Shown: positions 16,138 through 25,292 of the stretch, piece by piece | How the letters are laid out: every line of letters starts with the position of its first letter | Numbering within the stretch: the stretch's first letter is position 1 | Assembly (NCBI GenBank): GCA_048882485.1 | Contig: JBHLRP010000001.1 | Location: 64,001 to 128,000 of the forward strand | Length of the DNA: 64,000 bases | Direction of reading: 5' to 3' | From: Candidatus Thorarchaeota archaeon | Lineage (GTDB): Archaea > Asgardarchaeota > Thorarchaeia > Thorarchaeales > Thorarchaeaceae | Program-made: the position numbers and the translations under genes | The notes under the pieces: generated by a model | What the model was told of the DNA's origin: nothing | What the model saw: only the letters and a program-made list of their open reading frames with translations | The model's database searches: none

Positions 16138-17654
16138 TGCAACTAGCCTTCGAGTTCCCATTCATGACCTTGTCCTTGCTAGTCCTCTTCATTGGAGGGC
16201 TCTTGATCTACCTCCTTCGCGGTCGACTCGAAAAGACATCAGGGAAAATTGCTGTTGGCTTCTCGGCGGTAAGCGCATTGCTAATGGTGCCTCCCTTCTA
16301 TCGTATCATGGTTGAAGGTGGTCGGGCTGCTGAGAAGGTCAGCTGGTCAGTTGTACTTGGAGAGTTTGGTCTCTACCTAGATGAGATTGCTTTTCCAATT
16401 ACATTCGCAGTTGTTGTCCTAGGATTCCTTTCGGTTATCTATGCTGTAGGCTATACTGAGCATACTGAGAATAAGCCCACTTTCTTTGCAAACACATTGT
16501 TCTTCATCATGGGCATGCAAGGCGTGACGCTTGCAACCAATTTGCTGGAATTCTTCATCTTTTGGGAGATCATGCTTGTCCCATCGTACTTCCTAATTCT
16601 GTTTTGGGGCTTGCCTGAAACCCGAAAACGAACTGCCATCAAGTTTTGGCTCTATACACAGGCTGGAGCGGTCTGTATTTTGATCGCCCTAGGTCTCTTG
16701 TACTTCTTCACAGGCACCTTTGAGCTCTACACAATTCTGGCAATGGCTCCTGCCATCTGGTCAGACCTCCGACTGCTGCAGATTATTTTCATCTTGTTCG
16801 CTGCTGGCTTCCTAGTCAAAATGGCGGCCTTCCCTCTGCATTGGTGGTTACCTCCAGTCCACGCCGAAGCTCCGACTCCTATATCGGTTCTGCTATCCGG
16901 AGCCATGATTGAAACCGGTGCTTATGCTCTCGTCCGTTTCGGAATCGTTACGCTTGGACCTGCAGCTGCCTCGCTCTCATTCTGGATTGGAGTACTTGGT
17001 GTTGCCACAATGTTCTACGGAGGAGCTATGGCGCTTGTACAGAAAGACATCAAGAGACTGCTGGCTTACTCATCAGTTTCCCAGATGGGCTATGTCCTCT
17101 TTGCCCTGGGCATGATTACCACATTCGGTGTAGCTGGCGGTCTGTTTCATCTCATCAATCATGCCTTCAGCAAGGGTGTCTTATTTATGACTGCTGGAGC
17201 CGTGATTCATCAGACTCATCTGAGGGATGTTGACAAGATGGGCGGTCTCTCAAACAAGATGCCCATCACTGCATTCGCTGCAGCTATCGGTGCAATGAGC
17301 ATTGCAGGGAGTCCTCCCCTCTCTGGATTCGCTAGTGAATGGATGATGTTTCTAGGGGGCTTTGATGCTGTTCTGATGGGACCAGGAGGTCTCGCCCGAC
17401 CTGAGTTCTTTTTCCTATCCATTTTGGCTGTATCAAGCTCCATTGTGAGTGCGGGCTACATGCTTCGGTATCTTTGGAAAGTCTTCCTTGGACCAAATCC
17501 AACAGAACTGGAGGATGTGAAAGAGAGTTCCAACTGGATGACTGCCCCAATGGTTGTCCTTGGTTTTCTCATAGTGTTGTTTGGAGTATTCCCAGGTTTG
17601 GCACTGGATGTCATTTTACCTGGTGTACAAGAAATAGCTACTCTGCTTCCATGA
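16137..17654 (+). CDS. nuoM: Extra NuoM-like antiporter subunit (M1)
   Basis: FFIFWEIMLVP, AIKFWLYT, VKMAAFPLHWWLP.HAEAPTP, KRLLAYSS, GFASEW; ATG 16137 with GGAGGT SD. Confidence 0.85.
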   Translation: MQLAFEFPFMTLSLLVLFIGGLLIYLLRGRLEKTSGKIAVGFSAVSALLMVPPFYRIMVEGGRAAEKVSWSVVLGEFGLYLDEIAFPITFAVVVLGFLSVIYAVGYTEHTENKPTFFANTLFFIMGMQGVTLATNLLEFFIFWEIMLVPSYFLILFWGLPETRKRTAIKFWLYTQAGAVCILIALGLLYFFTGTFELYTILAMAPAIWSDLRLLQIIFILFAAGFLVKMAAFPLHWWLPPVHAEAPTPISVLLSGAMIETGAYALVRFGIVTLGPAAASLSFWIGVLGVATMFYGGAMALVQKDIKRLLAYSSVSQMGYVLFALGMITTFGVAGGLFHLINHAFSKGVLFMTAGAVIHQTHLRDVDKMGGLSNKMPITAFAAAIGAMSIAGSPPLSGFASEWMMFLGGFDAVLMGPGGLARPEFFFLSILAVSSSIVSAGYMLRYLWKVFLGPNPTELEDVKESSNWMTAPMVVLGFLIVLFGVFPGLALDVILPGVQEIATLLP

Positions 17655-17665
17655 GGTGATCGACA

Positions 17666-19984
17666 ATGTTGCTTGGACTACCCTATTGGCTTATCCTCGT
17701 CATTCCGCTGCTTGGCTCTCTCCTCGTTCCACTTGTTGGAAAATTCAGTGAGCGCGCGAGAGACTGGACCCCTGCAATCCTCATGGGAGCCTCTATGGTT
17801 CTATGCTGGTCGCTTCTACCTGAGATTGGAAACCCGACCCAGACCACGCACTGGATGTGGATTGAGGTCTTAGGACTCGAGTTCGAGGTTCTCCTGGACC
17901 CGCTCTCAGTTGTTATGGGGGTTCTAGCCAGCACTCTGTGTTTTCTCATCTATGTCTACTCTACAGAGTACATGGCTCATGAGGGCGATCGTGACCGCTT
18001 CTTCTTCCTCATGCTGGCATTCGGCGGTGGTATGCTGACGCTAGTGCTCAGCAACAACCTTCTGATTGCATTTATCGGATGGGAGATCATGGGATTTTGC
18101 TCCTATGGTTTGATAGGATTCTGGAATGACAAGAGGAACCCTCCCGAAACCGACCCATCAGACATTCACTCCACAAACCCGCTTCTTCAATTCAAGACCG
18201 AGGGACAGTACAACACCCACTGCGGGACCAAGGCATTCGTCGTCACGAGAATCGGTGATGCATTCATGTTGGGCGGTATCCTGATTCTGTTCGTCTTCAC
18301 TGGCACCTTTTCCTTCACTGAGATGGCGGCTGATGCCCAATCATGGTGGAGCACTATGGCAGGTATCGGGATGCTTGTGCCGACATTCCTACTCATCTTC
18401 ATGGGTGCAATCGGCAAGTCCGGACAGGCTCCACTGCAGGTCTGGTTGCCGGAAGCAATGGCTGGCCCGACAAGCGTTTCGGCTCTCATTCACGCTGCGA
18501 CGATGGTCAAGGCGGGTGTCTATATCACCGCTCGATTCCTGGTCACAATGGTGTCAGCAGCCGGTGGTGAGGGCAATGGTGGTGAACATATCGCTGGACT
18601 TCAGGCAATTGGTTTTGAAGCAGCGTTGACCTTTTTCATCTTTGTAGCAATCATCGGCGGTATTACTGCTCTCATGACAGCGACCATGGGAATGGTCTCA
18701 AACGAGCTCAAGCAGATACTGGCATTCTCAACACTCAGCCAGCTTGGATACATGATGCTCTCACTAGGTGTGGGCGGCGTCCTTCAGGCTGAGGGACTTC
18801 ACTTCACTGATGCATACTTGAGCGGTGTGATGCATGTGATATCGCATGGTGCATTCAAGGCCCTTCTATTCCTTGCATCAGGAGGTGTTATACACGCCGT
18901 CCATACCAAGTTCATCACCAAGATGGGCGGTCTGAAGCAATACATGCGGAAGACCTTCATCGTGATGTGGATTGGTGTGCTTGCCCTCGCAGGTATCCCA
19001 CCGTTCTCAGGGTTCTGGTCAAAGGACTCTATCATCGAGTATGCCTATGAATTGGCGGTTGAATGGCCAAATCCGATAGGTTGGATGCTATTCTTCTTTG
19101 CTGTCTTAGCCGCAGCCTGCACGATATTCTATAGCATTCGACTCATGGGCATCACTTTCTATGGACCTTCCAAGGAGAGTCATGACCATCACGAGTCACA
19201 CAGCTCACACGAGAATGAGGATTCAGAAGAGCCTGAAGACCTACATTATGATGGCTTAGAGGAAAATGAAGAATCTCATGATAGTGACTCAGAGAAGCAA
19301 GAAGAACCACATGACAACCACTCCGAAGAGCAGCATCACTCAACTCCTCAAGATCCGGGTCCGGCAATGATGGTGCCATTATATCTACTAGCGGCCTTTA
19401 CTGTCATTGCATTCCTTGTCTTCCCGTTTGTTCAGAACATTGTACTTGAAGAGAGTCACTCTTGGGCTGAGAACTTAGCGCACATGATAGAGGTCAAGCT
19501 GACCTACCCAGGAATTGTGCCTTTCATGATAACGCTAGGCGCGCTCGCCCTCGGCGGAGTTCCTGGATACATGATGTACATCAGGGGTGCTGACTCTCCC
19601 AATACTTGGGTGCCGGAGAAGGGCTTCCGAAGGAGATTTCACAATTTCCTAAAGCATCGCTGGTACATCAATGAATTCTACTATTGGATATTGAACAAAT
19701 TCCTGAGTGCGGCAGAGCGTTATCGAGTGAATGTTGACAACAAAATCATTGATGGCATCGACTTCAAGTCTGCTGACGCAGGGAAAGGTCTAGCAACGAA
19801 GCTGAAATGGTTTGATGATAATGTGGTTGATGGCTTTGCTGAGGGGGTTTCTACTTACAGTGTTGCAGCTTCAGAGTCCAGTCAGTCTGCACAGACTGGT
19901 CGAGTCAATGACTATGTGGGAGTGATAATGTTCGGGATTGGAATTCTGGTCATAATCGTTCTATTATCTCTGGGGGTGCTCTAG
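17666..19984 (+). CDS. nuoL: Complex I subunit L with extended lateral helix and His/acid-rich loop
   Basis: GWEIMG, RIGD, GKSGQAPLQVWLPEAMAGPT, HAATMV, GFWSKD, QTGRVNDY plus final TM. Confidence 0.93.
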   Translation: MLLGLPYWLILVIPLLGSLLVPLVGKFSERARDWTPAILMGASMVLCWSLLPEIGNPTQTTHWMWIEVLGLEFEVLLDPLSVVMGVLASTLCFLIYVYSTEYMAHEGDRDRFFFLMLAFGGGMLTLVLSNNLLIAFIGWEIMGFCSYGLIGFWNDKRNPPETDPSDIHSTNPLLQFKTEGQYNTHCGTKAFVVTRIGDAFMLGGILILFVFTGTFSFTEMAADAQSWWSTMAGIGMLVPTFLLIFMGAIGKSGQAPLQVWLPEAMAGPTSVSALIHAATMVKAGVYITARFLVTMVSAAGGEGNGGEHIAGLQAIGFEAALTFFIFVAIIGGITALMTATMGMVSNELKQILAFSTLSQLGYMMLSLGVGGVLQAEGLHFTDAYLSGVMHVISHGAFKALLFLASGGVIHAVHTKFITKMGGLKQYMRKTFIVMWIGVLALAGIPPFSGFWSKDSIIEYAYELAVEWPNPIGWMLFFFAVLAAACTIFYSIRLMGITFYGPSKESHDHHESHSSHENEDSEEPEDLHYDGLEENEESHDSDSEKQEEPHDNHSEEQHHSTPQDPGPAMMVPLYLLAAFTVIAFLVFPFVQNIVLEESHSWAENLAHMIEVKLTYPGIVPFMITLGALALGGVPGYMMYIRGADSPNTWVPEKGFRRRFHNFLKHRWYINEFYYWILNKFLSAAERYRVNVDNKIIDGIDFKSADAGKGLATKLKWFDDNVVDGFAEGVSTYSVAASESSQSAQTGRVNDYVGVIMFGIGILVIIVLLSLGVL

Positions 19985-19985
19985 A

Positions 19986-21530
19986 GTGCAGCTCGGATTC
20001 ATCCAAGACCTCATCGCAATGTTGCCAATGGACAATATACTACCACTGATGCTATTTGCTCCATTAGTCGCAGCATTCTTTGCCTACATACTCGGTGCAA
20101 GAGGGGGTAGGGCTCTCACGCTCATTGTCACATTCGTTGAACTCCTGCTTTCGCTTGTCCTCATTGTAGCAATTCTGCCGAATCCAGGAGCTATGTGGTT
20201 TGAATGGTCGTTCACACTTAGCGATGTGCAATTCGGGAGCTGGAATGCTCTCCTCCAGATATACCTAGGTGTTGACGGAATATCCGTTGCCATGGTGTTT
20301 CTTTCAAACCTCGTGGTCTTCATTGCAGCACTCAGTTCAAACCATATCAAGAAATCACAGCATCTGTACTACATGTTCTTCCTGATGCTCCAGACAGGTC
20401 TGCTTGGCGTATTCATGTCATTTGATCTGATCAGCTTCTTCATCTTCTGGGAATTGGTCTTGATACCGATGTTCTTCATAATAGGAAGATGGGGCGAAGA
20501 GGGATGTGAACACGCAGCTGTCAAGTTCTTCATCTACACACATCTCGGCTCAGCTGTGATGTTGGTCTCATTCATGGCACTGTTCTTCCTAGGACCCGGT
20601 ACATTCAACATGATTGCGATCAAGGCTGCACCAATTGCAATCAACATTCAGATTGGCTTTGCACTGGCTGTCTTTCTGGGGGCTGGCGTCAAGCTTCCTG
20701 TCTTTCCATTGCACAACTGGCTTCCGTGGGCCCACGTCAAGGCGCCAACTCCTGGTTCAGTGATACTCGCTGGAATACTCTTGAAGATGGGTGGATACGG
20801 GTTCATTAGACTGGGTCTTTGGATGGTTCCGCAAGGATTTGCTCGACTCAGTATCCCATTCGCTGTCCTCGCGGTCTTCACATGCATCTATGCAGCCTTT
20901 GTGGCAATGGGTCAGACTGACGTTAAGTCAATGGTAGCCTATACATCAATCAACCACATGGCATGGGTGTTGCTTGGAGTTGCCATCGGAGGATTTGCCA
21001 TCGGAGGTGGAGCCACAGAGGGCCAACTCTTCTCAGCCAGCCTTGCAGTTCAAGGCGCAGTATTCATGATGGTATCCCATGGGATGATATCCTCTGTCAT
21101 GTTCATTCTTGCCGGCCAGCTGAAGTACTCGGCTGGAAGCAGACTGATTCCTGATGTCATGGGTCTTATGACGAAAGCTCCTAGAATGTCCGCTGTCTTT
21201 ATCCTCGCGGTCTTTGCAGCCTTTGGGTTGCCCGGAATGAGCGGATTCATTGCAGAGGCCCTTGTACTGTTTGGGTCAGTGAACATCTACATATGGTCTG
21301 GCTTCATTGCATTTGGAATCTTTGTCACGGTAGGATATCTCCTTTGGACCCTGAACCGAATTGTGTTTAGTGATCCAGACCCTGAGAAGGAGGTCACTGA
21401 AGCACCATGGAGTGATCTCATTGCACCAATCTTGATGATGATACCAGTAATCATCCTCGGGCTTTGGCCAGATCTTGTGCTCAATCTAGTGATACCGATA
21501 GTCAACGATATGATAGGGGTGATTCCATAA
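19986..21530 (+). CDS. nuoM: Complex I subunit M (canonical, M2)
   Basis: FFIFWELVLIPM, VKLPVFPLHNWLPWAH, LLKMGGYG, GFIAE. Confidence 0.92.
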   Translation: MQLGFIQDLIAMLPMDNILPLMLFAPLVAAFFAYILGARGGRALTLIVTFVELLLSLVLIVAILPNPGAMWFEWSFTLSDVQFGSWNALLQIYLGVDGISVAMVFLSNLVVFIAALSSNHIKKSQHLYYMFFLMLQTGLLGVFMSFDLISFFIFWELVLIPMFFIIGRWGEEGCEHAAVKFFIYTHLGSAVMLVSFMALFFLGPGTFNMIAIKAAPIAINIQIGFALAVFLGAGVKLPVFPLHNWLPWAHVKAPTPGSVILAGILLKMGGYGFIRLGLWMVPQGFARLSIPFAVLAVFTCIYAAFVAMGQTDVKSMVAYTSINHMAWVLLGVAIGGFAIGGGATEGQLFSASLAVQGAVFMMVSHGMISSVMFILAGQLKYSAGSRLIPDVMGLMTKAPRMSAVFILAVFAAFGLPGMSGFIAEALVLFGSVNIYIWSGFIAFGIFVTVGYLLWTLNRIVFSDPDPEKEVTEAPWSDLIAPILMMIPVIILGLWPDLVLNLVIPIVNDMIGVIP

Positions 21531-23005
21531 TGCTACAGGTTTCCACAATAATCGATGCTATCAGCGACATCTTGAGTCCCTTCTTTGCACTAGTCCCAGC
21601 GGATTGGCTAGTATCATTACCAGCTTTGACGCTCATCCTATTCGGAATCTTGGCACTCATTGTAGGAATGAGAAGAAGTCCTTTGGCAGTCAGTTTCATT
21701 GGCATTGCCCTTGCAGGCTTTGAGATGATTCTCATTGACCCGGGTTCTTCCTTTGGAGGACTATTTGTAAGAGACATGTTTGGTGATTTCTTCATCTGGA
21801 TCATTCTGGTTGTCGCATTCATAATACTGCTTTCGTCGACGACATACGGTGGAAATAAGGGTACATACAACTTTCTCCTCATGATGTCATTTGCTGGCGC
21901 AATTTGGGTCGTTATGGCAACCGATCTTGTGGCGCTGTTTTTGGCATGGGAACTCATGAGTACGCCGACATATGTGCTTGTTGCGCTAGGGCCCCACAGA
22001 GGAGCTATTGATGGAGCTACCAAGTACTTCGTCATGGGACTCCTATCGTCAACTCTCATCCTATTTGGAATCGCGATTGTTTATGGTACAACAGGTGCCA
22101 CAAGCTTTGCCGCTGTTGCTGCATTTGTTAGTGTCGTCTGGAGCGCCGCTTCTCCGTCTGCCTACGCAATGCTTCTGTCCATGGTGCTGTTCCTGATCGG
22201 TTTTGGATTCAAGGTCGGTGTGTTCCCAGGATGGATGTGGGTCCCCGACGCATATGCAACTGCTGACGGAAGCGTCACAGGATATCTGGCCGGTGCAACC
22301 AAGAAGACAGGTGTAAGTGCCCTCCTTCGGATACTACTCGTTGCATTTGTTGCAGCACAAATGGAATGGATGCCTGTCGTAGTCACTATCTCGATTCTTT
22401 CCATGATCATTGGGAATATTCTTGCACTCGCTCAGCGCAACATCATGAGAATGTTAGCCTTCTCATCCATCATGATGATGGGTCTACTCTTCGTGGGGAT
22501 TGCAGCCGGAACGGCCTTTGGAGCAGCAGCTGCGATGTTTACCGCGTTTGCCCATGCACTCATCAAGACGGGCGCGTTTATCCTGGTTTGGGCATTGGCT
22601 GTTTCCATTGGAAAAGAGGTCACATATGATGATTTGAAAGGACTCAGTACTCGTGCTCCGATTGTTGCTCTATTGATGGCAATAATGGTCTTTGCTCTAG
22701 CAGGCGCACCATTCACAGCAGGATTCTGGTTCAAGTGGTTTCTATTGCCTGGAGCTGCAGTCGATGCTGGGCTTTGGTGGTTGGCGATAATTGCTGTGCT
22801 GAACTCAGTATTTGCACTTGGCTATTACTTGAGAATCCTAAGGTATTGCTACTTCATGGAACCAACAGAAGGTACAACATTACGCATACCGACGATTCCT
22901 CTTGTTGCGGTGCTACTTGCAGTTGTGGGTACAATAATGATTGGCGTCTTTCCGGGTCTAATCCTGGACTATGCATCGTTGGCAGCTGGAGTCCTCGTCC
23001 CATAG
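21530..23005 (+). CDS. nuoN: Complex I subunit N
   Basis: AWELMS, KYF, GFKVG..WVPDAY, GFWFKW; TAATG overlap and GGGGTGA SD. Confidence 0.92.
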   Translation: MLQVSTIIDAISDILSPFFALVPADWLVSLPALTLILFGILALIVGMRRSPLAVSFIGIALAGFEMILIDPGSSFGGLFVRDMFGDFFIWIILVVAFIILLSSTTYGGNKGTYNFLLMMSFAGAIWVVMATDLVALFLAWELMSTPTYVLVALGPHRGAIDGATKYFVMGLLSSTLILFGIAIVYGTTGATSFAAVAAFVSVVWSAASPSAYAMLLSMVLFLIGFGFKVGVFPGWMWVPDAYATADGSVTGYLAGATKKTGVSALLRILLVAFVAAQMEWMPVVVTISILSMIIGNILALAQRNIMRMLAFSSIMMMGLLFVGIAAGTAFGAAAAMFTAFAHALIKTGAFILVWALAVSIGKEVTYDDLKGLSTRAPIVALLMAIMVFALAGAPFTAGFWFKWFLLPGAAVDAGLWWLAIIAVLNSVFALGYYLRILRYCYFMEPTEGTTLRIPTIPLVAVLLAVVGTIMIGVFPGLILDYASLAAGVLVP

Positions 23006-23129
23006 TTTGGCTAGAATCTGCATCGGTTACCGTGAGGCAAGTGACTTTCCAAGTGGAAACTTGATGAGTTAAGTACCTTGGATGACTTTGCCATACACCC
23101 TAGTGTTCGTTACTAATCCCTGACATCTC

Positions 23130-23207
23130 AGATCAATTGTTGGGCGCGAGTCGCCATTGATCTAACTGGGCGAGAGATCCGGGGCCAGCCTGCTCTTTCG
23201 CCCACCA
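23130..23207. terminator. Two adjacent hairpins between the convergent nuoN and GTPase genes (possible bidirectional terminator or small structured RNA)
   Basis: AGATCAAT(23130-37)/ATTGATCT(23156-63) with inner GGCG/CGCC; TGGGCGAGAGA(23167-77)/TCTTTCGCCCA(23194-204). Confidence 0.4.
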
Positions 23208-23211
23208 TTTC

Positions 23212-23850
23212 TCATTCAATTGGTCTGTCACTGTATTTTCTCACTGCCGAGCCAATGAGGTCAGTGAATAGGGCTTCAATATTCTCCCCTGTTTTTGCAC
23301 TGGTTTCAACATGAGTGACATCAAGCCAATCACTTAGCATTTGTCCTGCTTCAGGGGGTACCCGTCTATCCTTCAAGTCAATTTTGTTGGCCACTATTGT
23401 CACTGTAGCATTGGGATTCACTGACATGAAATTCGAATACCAATCATATACATGAAGAAACGACCTGGGATTTGTCACATCATAGACAATGAAGGCAATA
23501 CTGGCTCCAGCCATATATCGCAGCCTAAGCTCCTTGAAATCTGGTTGCCCGCCAAGGTCCCATAGAACAATCTGTACAGGCACAGTCATCTCTTCTGTCA
23601 GGGCAACTTGAAGATTCTTGACCGCTATGTTTGTCCCCATAGTTGCCTGGTACGACTCACCAAAGCTATTCTCAGTATATCGGATTATACAGCTTGTCTT
23701 ACCTGAAGCCGCGTCACCTAGGCTAACCATTTTGAACATATAACGCGGTATGCTTCTTGACAAGCTAAACTCCTTCCCGGAATATCTCTCATTGATGACT
23801 AAGTCCAACATATAATCGCATTTCAGATATACAGATTGAAGTGACAACAA
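23212..23850 (-). CDS. Ras-superfamily (Rab-like) small GTPase; true start may be downstream
   Basis: G1 GDAASGKTS, G2 T, G3 WDLGGQ, G4 NKID, G5 ETSAK. Confidence 0.92.
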   Translation of the reverse strand: MLSLQSVYLKCDYMLDLVINERYSGKEFSLSRSIPRYMFKMVSLGDAASGKTSCIIRYTENSFGESYQATMGTNIAVKNLQVALTEEMTVPVQIVLWDLGGQPDFKELRLRYMAGASIAFIVYDVTNPRSFLHVYDWYSNFMSVNPNATVTIVANKIDLKDRRVPPEAGQMLSDWLDVTHVETSAKTGENIEALFTDLIGSAVRKYSDRPIE

Positions 23851-23897
23851 ATCCGATAATCATGGTGGATCAAGAGTGCTTCTATCCCCAACAGACT

Positions 23898-25292
23898 CTA
23901 GGCACTACGAGGCAAGCTGAGAACATTGGACAATGCTTGAGCTGCTCTTTCAGGACTTGAAAAAACAGGGACACGTCCGCGTTCTAATCTGTCCTTGCCT
24001 ATAGGTGGTGTGCAGACAGGCGAATTCAGGATTGCGATGACTGTCTTTTCAGAAGTTGAGGTCTTCTTTAGAATCGAGTCAATAGGCACTCCTCCGCCAA
24101 TGTCTTCCTGATAGTTTGGTTGGAAAACTATCACCACGGCATCATATTGTGGGTCTTCCATTATCAGATTGAAAGCTCCCGCGAAAATCTCAGGGTTGGC
24201 CCAGCCCTGAGCGAGTAAGTCTACAGGATTGGTGATTCCTATTTCGACTGGCATTGCTAGCATTTGTTGAATCGTCAATGAGGTTTCTTGTGAGGGAGGA
24301 GGAAGTGATGATCCTGCGTTTTCGAGTATCTGCGCTGCTATGAGCGAGGGGCCGAGCGTATGAGTTACAATGGCCACATTTCGCCCTGTGGGACGAGTCC
24401 CGCATATTGAGAGGATTTTTGCTGTGTCTATCATTTCAGTGACAGTGTTCGCTTCAATTGCACCACTCTGTCGTGCAGCCGCGGAATATAGCTCATGCCG
24501 ACCAGCTAAACTGCCCGTGTGACTCAAAGCTGCCTTTCTTGATGTTGGAGTTTTGCCAACCTTGTACATGATGATAGGCTTGTCCATTGTCACTTGTGCC
24601 ATCTCATCGTACATTGATCTAGCGTTCTCAGTACCTTCCACAAACAAGCAGATGACCTCTGTTTCATCATCCTGCCCAAGATATCTCACCGTATCGTGGA
24701 AGTCTATGTTGACTCTATTTCCGATGCTGGCAAATTTCGATACTCCAACGCCGGTGTCAGCGGCCTCGTAGAGCATGAGGCCTGCCACGCCTCCACTTTG
24801 ACTAACAAGGGCGACACTGCCTCCCTGAACTGGTACAGGATGAGGAAAGAAAGTGGCATTCAGTGCCATACGCGGATTTCCTGCACCAAGGCAGTTCGGA
24901 CCAATGACTGCAATATGGGCTGCGTCTGCAACCTCTTTCACTTGTACCTGATGTTCTTCGCCGAGCGGACCCAGCTCCTTGAATCCAGCAGAAAAGATGA
25001 TTGCCCCTCCAACATTTGCCTCAGCACAGTCTTTGAGGGCTGGGAGCACATTCAAGGGCCCCAGAGCTATAACTGCTAAATCAATGTCCTCTCCAATATC
25101 AGTCAAACTGAAGTAGCACCTGAGCCCATTAATCTCAGAATGGCGTGGGTTTACTGGGTACTTTCTTGCGTTTGATTCTTTGAGAGCGCGAAGTGTTAGT
25201 GATCCGAGCTTGTTAGGTTGATTCGAAGCGCCGATAATTGCTATGGACTCTGGATTGAAGAGTCGGTTAAGAGAATCCACTTTCCAGCTCAA
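23898..25292 (-). CDS. ADP-forming acyl-CoA synthetase alpha subunit (CoA-binding)
   Basis: IAIIGAS, GPNCLG, SQSGG, SIGN, SHTGSLAG phospho-His loop, NPVD. Confidence 0.88.
   Translation of the reverse strand: MSWKVDSLNRLFNPESIAIIGASNQPNKLGSLTLRALKESNARKYPVNPRHSEINGLRCYFSLTDIGEDIDLAVIALGPLNVLPALKDCAEANVGGAIIFSAGFKELGPLGEEHQVQVKEVADAAHIAVIGPNCLGAGNPRMALNATFFPHPVPVQGGSVALVSQSGGVAGLMLYEAADTGVGVSKFASIGNRVNIDFHDTVRYLGQDDETEVICLFVEGTENARSMYDEMAQVTMDKPIIMYKVGKTPTSRKAALSHTGSLAGRHELYSAAARQSGAIEANTVTEMIDTAKILSICGTRPTGRNVAIVTHTLGPSLIAAQILENAGSSLPPPSQETSLTIQQMLAMPVEIGITNPVDLLAQGWANPEIFAGAFNLIMEDPQYDAVVIVFQPNYQEDIGGGVPIDSILKKTSTSEKTVIAILNSPVCTPPIGKDRLERGRVPVFSSPERAAQALSNVLSLPRSA

Noticed and set aside
23167-23207. 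tRNA gene (ends in ACCA)
   Set aside because: Only ~41 nt; no D, anticodon or TTC arm
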